Source: Acidobacteriota bacterium (GTDB lineage: Bacteria > Actinomycetota > Acidimicrobiia > Spongiisociales > ZC4RG35). From it: 64,000 bases of DNA. The notes beneath the pieces are model-generated. The model ran no database searches. It was not told the origin of the DNA and saw only the letters and a list, made by a program, of their open reading frames with translations. Shown here one piece after another: positions 49,085-56,337 of this stretch. A program made the translations under genes and the position numbers. Within the stretch, counting starts at the first letter, position 1. Every line of letters begins with the position of its first letter. The DNA is taken from positions 48,883 through 112,882 of the forward strand of contig JACZUI010000001.1 of the NCBI GenBank assembly GCA_022573225.1. Reading direction: 5' to 3'.

Positions 49085-50121
49085 GCGAAGCACTATCGGC
49101 AGCCAGTGCCGCTCTTGGTATTCCGGAAGACCTGGTGCAACGCTCGGCGGCCGCACGAGCCACCGAGACAGGGATGTCAGTCGACGAGGTTCTCGCCGCC
49201 TGGGCCGGTGGCGGAGCGATCGCTGCCGCGCCGGTCACTCCCCCTGCCGAGTCACCCGAGCCCGAGGCTCAACCCGACATTGAAACATCCGACGATCCCA
49301 CACCTGCCTCCGCGACGGTTACCGAACCTGCTCCGACCGAACCTGTTGTCGCCACCAGGGCCCCAGTGCCCTCTGAGGTCAGCGCGGCGGAGGCGGCGAC
49401 CCTTGCTGAGGTCATCACCGTGCCGACGGCGGGTATAAGGGAACGAACCAACTTCGCCATTCCCAGGTGGCTGACGGCCGTGATGCTGATCATTCCGGCC
49501 TTCGCTCTCTTCGCTCTGGGCGGTGCTGCAACCGGAACCTGCGGAGAGGCAACTGAGCTCGATGCCAACATCGTGACAGGCCAGATCGTCAACTGCGACG
49601 GGTCGGAGTTCACCGGCTCGGGAGTCAGCGGAGGATCGACTGATTTCATTGCCGAAGGCGAGGCCATCTACATGGGGACAGGTGTCAGCGGAGTCAACTG
49701 CTCCGGGTGTCACGGCGTCAGCGGCGGCGGCGGCGGAGCAGGCCCACCGTTGACCGCAGTCGTAATCACATTCGGATCCTGCCTGGACCAGGTCGAGTGG
49801 GTCACCATCGGCACTCCCGGATTCCAGGCGGCAGGACGATCAACCTATGGCGATACCGGCAAACCGGTGGGCGGCGCGGGAGTCATGCCGCCGCACCAGT
49901 CGCTGAGCGCCGAGCAGGTGGCATCCGTCGCTGCCTTTGAGCGAGTTCGATTTGACGGGGCCGACCCCGAGACCACCCTCACAGATTGCGGTCTGGCACC
50001 CGAAGAAGAGTCGGAGGGTGGCGAATCCGAAGGTGAGGGCGGCGACAGCGAACCGGGGACGACCGACGAGACCCCAGAAACCGACGAATCGACTGCGGCA
50101 AACGTTGCCGCGATGCACTAG
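49081..50121 (+). CDS. Membrane-anchored monohaem cytochrome c with acidic C-terminal tail
   Basis: CSGCHGVSGGG haem motif, one TM helix (WLTAVMLIIPAFALFALGG), and the shared N-terminal module MSEALSAASAALGIPEDLVQRSAAARATETGMSVDEVLAAWAGG. Confidence 0.75.
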   Translation: MSEALSAASAALGIPEDLVQRSAAARATETGMSVDEVLAAWAGGGAIAAAPVTPPAESPEPEAQPDIETSDDPTPASATVTEPAPTEPVVATRAPVPSEVSAAEAATLAEVITVPTAGIRERTNFAIPRWLTAVMLIIPAFALFALGGAATGTCGEATELDANIVTGQIVNCDGSEFTGSGVSGGSTDFIAEGEAIYMGTGVSGVNCSGCHGVSGGGGGAGPPLTAVVITFGSCLDQVEWVTIGTPGFQAAGRSTYGDTGKPVGGAGVMPPHQSLSAEQVASVAAFERVRFDGADPETTLTDCGLAPEEESEGGESEGEGGDSEPGTTDETPETDESTAANVAAMH

Positions 50122-50372
50122 CCGCCCAACCGCCGAAGCGCCCTCCGCAGGGCTCGCCGATCGATTCTTCCCTCGGCTAGCACCTCGCCCGAAGGCCCCA
50201 ACACGACAGGGACCCGGGTTCCATATTCATCACGAAGAGTGGCAATTTGATCGATATCGACATCGACGATCTCCGCACCGGTCACAGCGGTCTCCAGTTC
50301 GAGAATCTGGCGAGCGCTTTCGCAAAGAGAACAACCCTGACGGGTGAGAAACGTGATCATGAAACCGCTCAA
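50118..50372 (-). CDS. Glutaredoxin-like small protein (DUF836-type)
   Basis: ITFLTRQGCSLCESA CxxC motif, about 80 aa. Confidence 0.6.
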   Translation of the reverse strand: MSGFMITFLTRQGCSLCESARQILELETAVTGAEIVDVDIDQIATLRDEYGTRVPVVLGPSGEVLAEGRIDRRALRRALRRLGG

Positions 50373-50761
50373 GCTGCCACTCTTCGTGGTCGATAATCGC
50401 GGCGCACAGAAGAAGGGTAACCCGTTTCCCTCATGCCATGGGCACGTTCGTCCAAGGTGTGAACGGATAGCCTCCCAGCCCGCCCCACGGTGACGGGAAT
50501 CCCTGCTTCATGTAGTCGGGGCCTCCGTGATGCGGGGGCCTCGACAAGGTTTGCAACCGATGGAGCCGCCCATCGCTCTCAGACCCTCGTTGGGGATGCC
50601 TTTCGAAGGGGTCACGGCAGATCCGCCCAGAATGAGGAAAAAGCACTCCGACGTTGCGGCCGGAATCGGGGAACGACGTTTTGGGATACGATCGTCGGTC
50701 GTGCGACCCGGAACCGCCATCATCATCATCGTCCTACTGGCGACGATTGCCATCGCCGGAG

Positions 50762-51586
50762 TCATTCAGCTGTGGCAGCTCCTGGCCCCAGCAGGGTGAT
50801 TGCCACGCCCTCTTCGAGGTTGAGGAAGTCGCTGGCTCGTCCGCCTCGCTGAGCCAGGGCCATCAGACCAGCCGAATCCACATGGAGCATCAACTCGCCT
50901 TCTTCGACGTCCGCGTAGGTCGCAACCCAAGGCACGCTGTGGATGACCGCTCCGATCTTTGCCGTCACGACATCGCCCGGAGACAGCCCGAGGAGGCCAA
51001 GCTCGTCCGGTCCGATGTTGGATTCAACATTCCCGAACCAGTCGATCCACCAGGCTTCGCCCACGACCGACCCATCTCTGACGTCGGGAAGCGGCAGCAA
51101 CAACGGTCGAATCCGGTCTGAGGCCAAATCGGGACCGAGGTCGCCGAGGGAAGCCTCGCCCGAGGCTAGGAGAGCAGCCGCAGGGGCGAAGACATCCCTG
51201 CCTTGAAATGTCGCACCGGGTGAAGGGATCATGGCTTCCGGGTTCTCGATCGCGACGATCTGCGTTGCGCCACCGACCATCGCCACCGCAGGCGAAAGGA
51301 CGCCATTGTCGGGACCGACGAAATAGCCCCACTCGGTGGTCAGGGCAAGGGCGTGGCGTTCCGAGCCGACTCCAGGATCGACGACGACGAGGGCGACGCC
51401 CTCCGGGAGGTATTGGATCGCCCGCGTCAGCGAGAGTGCGGCGTGCCTCAAGTTGCCGGGTGGGACCTCGTGGGCGATGTCGATGACCCGAGACTCAGGT
51501 GCGAGCTTTGCCAGCACACCATGCACAACGCCGACAAACTCGTCCTTGTGGCCGAAATCGGAGAGAAAGCTGATCGGAAGGCTCAT
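50762..51586 (-). CDS. SAM hydrolase / SAM-dependent halogenase family protein (DUF62)
   Basis: Start at the internal ATG at 51586: MSLPISFLSDFGHKDEFVGVVHGV, VVVDPGVGSER, and FGNVESN near the C-terminal barrel. Confidence 0.8.
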   Translation of the reverse strand: MSLPISFLSDFGHKDEFVGVVHGVLAKLAPESRVIDIAHEVPPGNLRHAALSLTRAIQYLPEGVALVVVDPGVGSERHALALTTEWGYFVGPDNGVLSPAVAMVGGATQIVAIENPEAMIPSPGATFQGRDVFAPAAALLASGEASLGDLGPDLASDRIRPLLLPLPDVRDGSVVGEAWWIDWFGNVESNIGPDELGLLGLSPGDVVTAKIGAVIHSVPWVATYADVEEGELMLHVDSAGLMALAQRGGRASDFLNLEEGVAITLLGPGAATAE

Positions 51587-51664
51587 TGGGCCCGACGGTA
51601 GACCCCGATGAGTGCTGTTACGAGGCGACGCAGGCTTTCCGACGGAAGGCTTATATTCCGGGCT

Positions 51665-52546
51665 ATGAACGAGCCCGACTTTGAGGCACTGGCACTGGAG
51701 GTTTCCCGCGCTCGCCTCGCCATGCTCATGGGCGGGACCGACACTGGAAAGACCACCCTCGCCCTTCAGGCCGCGCGCCTCGCCGTCAAGGCGGGCCGGA
51801 CCGTGGCGCTGGTCGATGCCGATGTCGCCAACTCCACCGTCGGCCCGCCGGCCTGCGTCGGCTTGAAGGAGATTCACAGCGAGGCCGACCTCGAAACCGT
51901 CTCAGAACCCGACCTTCTCCATTTCGTCGGCACTATCATGCCGGCCCGTTTGGTTCTCCAGCAGGTTGTGGCCACGGTGGCCATGGTCGATCAGGCGCGG
52001 AATCTGGCTGATCTGGTCATCCTCGACACAACCGCCGTCGTTTCCGGCGTCGCAGGAGAGACTCTGAAGTATCACAAGGCAGAACTATGTCGGCCCGACA
52101 AGGTCGTGGCCCTGCAACGAGGAGGAGAGATGGAGCCCGTGGTGGGGATGCTCCGCCGGTTTCTCGGCATGGACATCACTGTCGCCCCCGCAGGCTCCAA
52201 TATCGTCCCGCGGTCGCCAGACGACCAGGCATCTCTCCGCACCGAGGCGTTCCAGCGGGCTCTGGCGCTCCCACTCGATAGGTGGAAGGTGCGGCCAACC
52301 GTGTTTGCTCCCACCCTGCCGATGGGGCTCAACTTGGATCGGTTGAATCAGGTACTCGTCGGCGTCCAGGACGCCGCCGGGAACTGTGTAGGTCTGGGCG
52401 TACTCGAGCATGGGGAAGGGGCGCTGCGAGTTCTGACCAATGTAGGGGAAGGCATGAAGGGACTGAGGCTGGGCTCGATGACGATCAATCCGGAGACATT
52501 CACATCGACTGTCGTCAACCTCCGCGAAGTGATGTTCGGGGTTTAG
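51665..52546 (+). CDS. Clp1/Grc3-like P-loop protein (putative polynucleotide 5'-kinase)
   Basis: Start at the ATG at 51665. MLMGGTDTGKTTLALQAARLAVKAGRTVALVDADVANSTVGPP, LHFVGTIMP and LVILDTTAVVSG follow the Clp1 P-loop domain layout. Confidence 0.55.
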   Translation: MNEPDFEALALEVSRARLAMLMGGTDTGKTTLALQAARLAVKAGRTVALVDADVANSTVGPPACVGLKEIHSEADLETVSEPDLLHFVGTIMPARLVLQQVVATVAMVDQARNLADLVILDTTAVVSGVAGETLKYHKAELCRPDKVVALQRGGEMEPVVGMLRRFLGMDITVAPAGSNIVPRSPDDQASLRTEAFQRALALPLDRWKVRPTVFAPTLPMGLNLDRLNQVLVGVQDAAGNCVGLGVLEHGEGALRVLTNVGEGMKGLRLGSMTINPETFTSTVVNLREVMFGV

Positions 52547-52705
52547 GAACCCGCTAAACAATGCATGTCACCATCTCAAAACCAGATCATCGCCACGACC
52601 GGTGTCCTCGGCCTCGCCAATCCGCCACAAGGAGTGGCGACACCTCGTCCCTGCGGATGATGCGCCCGGGCGCCGATCTGACCAGCGGCATCATTCAGCG
52701 ACTCC
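52546..52705. repeat. Long form of the MITE/REP-like element, copy B
   Basis: GGAACCCGCTAAACAATGCATGTCACC...GACCAGCGGCATCATTCAGCGACTCC, colinear with copy A (483-646). It begins at the last base of the Clp1-like TAG stop. Confidence 0.8.
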
Positions 52706-52707
52706 TC

Positions 52708-52758
52708 GGAGCCCATTGAACAATGCGTGTCACCCAACGACATTGTTCAACAGACTCC
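52708..52758. repeat. Short form (51 bp hairpin) of the element, copy C, directly abutting copy B
   Basis: GGAGCCCATTGAACAATGCGTGTCACCCAACGACATTGTTCAACAGACTCC is the two termini without the internal segment. Confidence 0.8.
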
Positions 52759-52801
52759 TGGCAAATTCAAGGAATAGACCCTATCTGCCGATAACCGGCG
52801 G

Positions 52802-53503
52802 ATGCTGGGAAAACGACGTTGGATGTCCATTGCTCTGGCGGCCTCGCTGGCCACGGTTGGCCTGGGCCTGTCGGCCAGTGCCGACGCGGCCACGGAGGGC
52901 GAGTTTCTGTCGCTTATCAACTCCACCCGTGCCACCAACGGGCTGGGCCAGCTGACCGTCGACGGTGGTCTCCGCTCACATGCTCGAAATCACACCCAAG
53001 CGATGATCGACGCCGACGAGATCTTCCATTCCACCAGTGCCGAACTCACGGCGGCCGCTGGAACAGGATGGTCGCAGCTGGCCGAGAACGTCGGTCGTGG
53101 CGGCTCTCCCTCGAGCCTTCACACCGCCTTCATGAACTCATCCGGGCACAAGGCGAACATTCTCGGTGATTACAACTACGTCGGAATCGGAACCGGGTCC
53201 ATCGAGGGCAGGCTCTATGTCACGGTCGTCTTCATGAAGAAGGGGACCACATCCAACCCACCCCCGACAACGACTGCTCCCCCGACGGCAACGACCTCGC
53301 CTCCGGCCCCGACGACAACTTCTGCCTCCACGCCGGCCACTACCAAATCTCCGGCTCCGGCTCCGGCCACGACCACGACCACGACCACGACCACGATTCC
53401 CCCCACCACGACGACAACCCTCATCGTCGGACCCGACAAGGCGGTTACGCCAGGCATCGCATGTATCGAGGCCACCAGGTTCTGGCAGCTCTGTCACGAT
53501 TGA
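52802..53503 (+). CDS. Secreted CAP/SCP (PR-1-like) domain protein with Pro/Thr-rich C-terminal region
   Basis: Signal peptide MSIALAASLATVGLGLSASADA. CAP-domain motifs FLSLINSTRATNGL, HARNHTQAM and GHKANILGDYNYVGIG. PT-rich tail includes (CCACGA)x5 at 53367-53396. Confidence 0.75.
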   Translation: MLGKRRWMSIALAASLATVGLGLSASADAATEGEFLSLINSTRATNGLGQLTVDGGLRSHARNHTQAMIDADEIFHSTSAELTAAAGTGWSQLAENVGRGGSPSSLHTAFMNSSGHKANILGDYNYVGIGTGSIEGRLYVTVVFMKKGTTSNPPPTTTAPPTATTSPPAPTTTSASTPATTKSPAPAPATTTTTTTTTIPPTTTTTLIVGPDKAVTPGIACIEATRFWQLCHD

Positions 53504-53778
53504 ATTGCCGGCGACTCCGGCCAAGAGCTCCAACCGGTAAACCGCAAGGATCGATACAAAGCAATACGCCCGAGTGACCCCCCGGAGCCTCCTCCGCACT
53601 TCCCCGAACGGACGGTTCTCCGATTTGCCTCTCGGGCGCTTGCAACGCCGAACCTACGCAAAGTCGAGCCTGTAATCAACGACCTCGACATGAACGCTAT
53701 ATGCCGTTAACCGATGCCCTACAATATGGGAAGGCCAGCAGAAGGCTCGGCTGGACGGGTTACCAACAGGAATCGGGG

Positions 53779-53814
53779 TTGTCCACAGGCTTTGTCCACA
53801 CCGTCGTGTTCACA
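53779..53814 (+). promoter_or_regulatory. Cluster of DnaA boxes (2 perfect, 1 degenerate, same orientation)
   Basis: TTGTCCACA at 53779-53787 and 53792-53800, matching the actinobacterial DnaA box consensus, plus GTGTTCACA at 53806-53814 (7/9). Spacing is 13-14 bp, inside a 348-bp non-coding gap between convergent genes. Confidence 0.4.
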
Positions 53815-53851
53815 AGTTTCTAACCCGAAGTTTCGCGACGTGGTCTGTCTA

Positions 53852-54256
53852 TCAGACGGGCCGCTGGGCCCGCAACATCGCTTTGAAGGCGACGTCGACC
53901 ATCTCCACGATCTCGCCGAGTATCAAGTCGAGTACCTCGAGGGTCACCTCGGTGGCGGCGACCCGCCCCCGGAGCACCAACCCTCCCTCCGAATCGAGGG
54001 CGAAGAACGCTCTCCAGGCTCGCCCATTTCGCAGCAGCGCCTGACGCAGCACCTCGCTCGACCCAACCTCAACCGGCATGAAATACGCCTCGTACTCGAG
54101 ACTTCTCTCCCTGGGCCAGAACCAGACCGTGGTCGCCTCCCGCGACTCCTGTGCCACCCGGACAGCCCACTTCCCTTCGAGCTGTTCGGCATATGCAACC
54201 GAAGAGTCCGGGTCGGCCAGCCAGATTCGGATCCGCTCTTCGAGGATCGACCTCAT
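53852..54256 (-). CDS. YbjN-domain protein (T3SS-chaperone-like fold)
   Basis: 134 aa with a pattern typical of actinobacterial YbjN proteins: W.VR...RE.T.V.F....SLEYEAYF......EVLRQALLRNGRAWRAFFALDSEGGLVLRGRV. Family call is from memory only. Confidence 0.55.
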   Translation of the reverse strand: MRSILEERIRIWLADPDSSVAYAEQLEGKWAVRVAQESREATTVWFWPRERSLEYEAYFMPVEVGSSEVLRQALLRNGRAWRAFFALDSEGGLVLRGRVAATEVTLEVLDLILGEIVEMVDVAFKAMLRAQRPV

Positions 54257-54543
54257 GACATCAGAAGCTCGAGCCGGGGTTCCACTTTCCCGACGATCCG
54301 GACGCCGCCACTGACCGGCGGCCGTTCATGTGATGCCGAGGCCAGCGCCAGCTCGACCGACCGCAACGGTGCACCCTCCTGCTGGGCCACCATCGCCTGG
54401 AATGGCTTGGCCGAGGATCTCAAATAGAAGGGCCGGTCGATCTCACCAAACCATGCGATCAACTCGCCGTCAGCGCGGACGACGGCGACTGCTCCATCGT
54501 GGACTGTCTCAACCAAGCCGGAGCGAATCCCCGCGGCAAGCAA
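54253..54543 (-). pseudogene. Remnant of an asparaginase-II family (PF06089-like) gene; only about 97 N-terminal codons remain
   Basis: IRSGLVETVHDGAVAVVRADGELIAWFGEIDRPFYLRSSAKPFQAMV...LALASASHE matches the N-terminus of a ~330-aa family. The frame stops at 54253, where the YbjN gene starts (ATGA overlap). Confidence 0.5.
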
Positions 54544-54547
54544 CGTA

Positions 54548-55078
54548 TTACCCCGAGACCTGGGCCTCGCCCTGTTGGGTCCGATAGCGGGCAACGATCT
54601 CGTCCTGGAGGGCATCTATCACGATGTGGAGCCTCTTGCGCTGCGCCGAAAGCTGATTCTCGACCTCACGAAGACGGTCGATGGCCTCGTGAACTTCGTC
54701 ATCGGACAGGTCGGGCAACTCGGTGAGCACGCCGTCGTCCATGATCTTGTCGATGAGGCGGCGGCCCGTGATCGTCGGGAGCGGAGGCATCGTCTCGATG
54801 TAGCGCAGATTCGGCTCAGTGCCAAAGACCATCTCCGATGCCAGGATCTCAGGAAGCGCCTCGAGGAGAGTGCGCTCCTCCTCTCCGCTCCGTCGGCTCA
54901 GCTCAAAGTTGATCAAATCCATGCGACCGTGAAGCAGACGGCGGTAGTACGAAATCTGAGCCTCGACATCCTCTGCGGTGACCCGCCGCTCACGGAGATC
55001 ATTTAGGTCAATTGAGGCAATGTCCTCGAGATACTCGGGCTCGAGAACTATGTCTATACGACGACGTTGGGCGTTCAC
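54548..55078 (-). CDS. RsiG-like protein (candidate c-di-GMP-binding anti-sigma factor)
   Basis: GTG start at 55078, the C-terminal 176 aa of track ORF 54548-55537. Two copies of an E-x3-S-x2-R-x3-H-x3-D motif: EAQISYYRRLLHGRMD and ENQLSAQRKRLHIVID. The RsiG signature is E-x3-S-x2-R-x3-Q-x3-D. Confidence 0.6.
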   Translation of the reverse strand: MNAQRRRIDIVLEPEYLEDIASIDLNDLRERRVTAEDVEAQISYYRRLLHGRMDLINFELSRRSGEEERTLLEALPEILASEMVFGTEPNLRYIETMPPLPTITGRRLIDKIMDDGVLTELPDLSDDEVHEAIDRLREVENQLSAQRKRLHIVIDALQDEIVARYRTQQGEAQVSG

Positions 55079-55088
55079 CCGGCCAAGG

Positions 55089-56222
55089 TTACCTGCACGC
55101 GCCTGCCACGGTTGGATACGGATTGATAGCACCCGAGCTTCTCCCACCGGGATGGATCTCGAAGTGGACGTGAGGAGCTGCGCCGCTGGCATTACCGGAG
55201 CTGCCGTTGAAAGCGATCGTCTTCCCCTGGGCGACGCTCTGTCCGCTGGAGACGTTGTAGCCGGCAAGGTGGGCGTAGTAGTACGCGACCCCGTTGTTGG
55301 CCACCAGGTAGATGGTGTTTCCGCCGAGTGCACTGGACCTGGTGATGATTGTTCCGGCAGCGACCGCGTAGACCGGCTCGTTGAAGGCCGCCATGAGATC
55401 GACGCCTTTGTGAGCTCGACCGCCTGAGCGCGGGGCACCCCACGTGTCGCTGAACGAGGTTCGACCCGGCGTAAGGGGGCAGATGAAGGACCCGACTTGG
55501 ATCGAGCCGCTGGCACGTTGACCGGCGGCGCTGGCACGTCGTTTGGCAGCAGCCGCTTTGGCTGCCTGCTCGCTGTCGTACTTGGCGGAAAGCACCCTGC
55601 AATTCTCGCTGAGCTTCGAGTGCGCGGCCTGCTCGGAATTCATCGCACTCTCCTGGGCGTTCTTGGCACCAAGCCTTTGGTCCTCGAGGACTTCGAGCTC
55701 ACCGCGGGTCTCATCCAGGTCGAGGTTGAAACGATCAAGCTCATTTCGAGCCGCCACCAGATCATCGACTGATTGCTTGCCCCCGGTCGCGGCGGCGGTC
55801 AAGAACTCGGACGTGGTCATTATCTCATCTACAGAAGAGGCGGACAGGATGATTCCCGGGGTGGTAAAACCGCCCCGCATGTAGAGCTCGACCGCCTGCG
55901 CCTCGATTTCCGACTGGATTCTGGCCAGCGTCTCACTCTGACTGTCGATGGATCCCGAGACCCTCACCTGCTTGGCTTCGACCCTCTCGACGTCGTTGAC
56001 AGCCACCCAATACTCGGTGCTCGCGGTCTCGAAAGCGGCCTGCGCCGCACGGTATTCGTCGTACTGGGCGCGCGAGTCGGCACAGGCCCTATCGACCTGG
56101 GATTTGGTGACCGCCTGGGAGGCAAGGGGAAAGAGAGGGGCCACCAGTGCGATCAGTGTTACGAGGACAATGGCGCGGTAACGCGCCTTGGCGGCAGCCA
56201 TGTGACGTGGAAGCGTAATCAA
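55089..56222 (-). CDS. M23 family metallopeptidase with N-terminal coiled-coil
   Basis: HKGVDLMA (HxxxD) and HVHFEI (HxH). TM/signal anchor and a long heptad-rich region. Confidence 0.85.
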   Translation of the reverse strand: MITLPRHMAAAKARYRAIVLVTLIALVAPLFPLASQAVTKSQVDRACADSRAQYDEYRAAQAAFETASTEYWVAVNDVERVEAKQVRVSGSIDSQSETLARIQSEIEAQAVELYMRGGFTTPGIILSASSVDEIMTTSEFLTAAATGGKQSVDDLVAARNELDRFNLDLDETRGELEVLEDQRLGAKNAQESAMNSEQAAHSKLSENCRVLSAKYDSEQAAKAAAAKRRASAAGQRASGSIQVGSFICPLTPGRTSFSDTWGAPRSGGRAHKGVDLMAAFNEPVYAVAAGTIITRSSALGGNTIYLVANNGVAYYYAHLAGYNVSSGQSVAQGKTIAFNGSSGNASGAAPHVHFEIHPGGRSSGAINPYPTVAGACR

Positions 56223-56337
56223 GGCTGAATCTTTGGTGTAGTTGAGCCTGCGCGCTTCTCTGGCGATGACCCCGGAAATAGCTGTTGCGCTTGGCGGCGT
56301 GCTACCAGGCCAGAGGCCCGCAAGCTGACCGAAATGG

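Noticed and set aside
50520-50590. CUGAGA-containing stretch on the minus strand upstream of the glutaredoxin-like gene, considered as a TPP riboswitch
   Set aside because: The rest of the TPP consensus (the ACCUGAUCUGGAUAAUGCCAGCG-type pyrimidine-sensor helix) is not present, and a glutaredoxin gene is not a plausible TPP-regulated target.
51587-51877. Upstream extensions of several track ORFs (50762-51877, 54548-55537, 60810-61907, 61453-63195, 36154-36762, 27115-27810, 26813-27289, 35197-45, 18027-19079)
   Set aside because: The extensions overlap the preceding gene or are compositionally non-protein-like. Internal ATG or GTG starts with operon-style overlaps (ATGA, GTGA) or an RBS give products of canonical length.
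53779-53814. DnaA-box cluster considered as the chromosomal origin (oriC)
   Set aside because: There is no dnaA, dnaN, rpmH or parAB context, only 2-3 boxes, and no adjacent AT-rich 13-mer-like unwinding element. It is kept as a regulatory candidate only.
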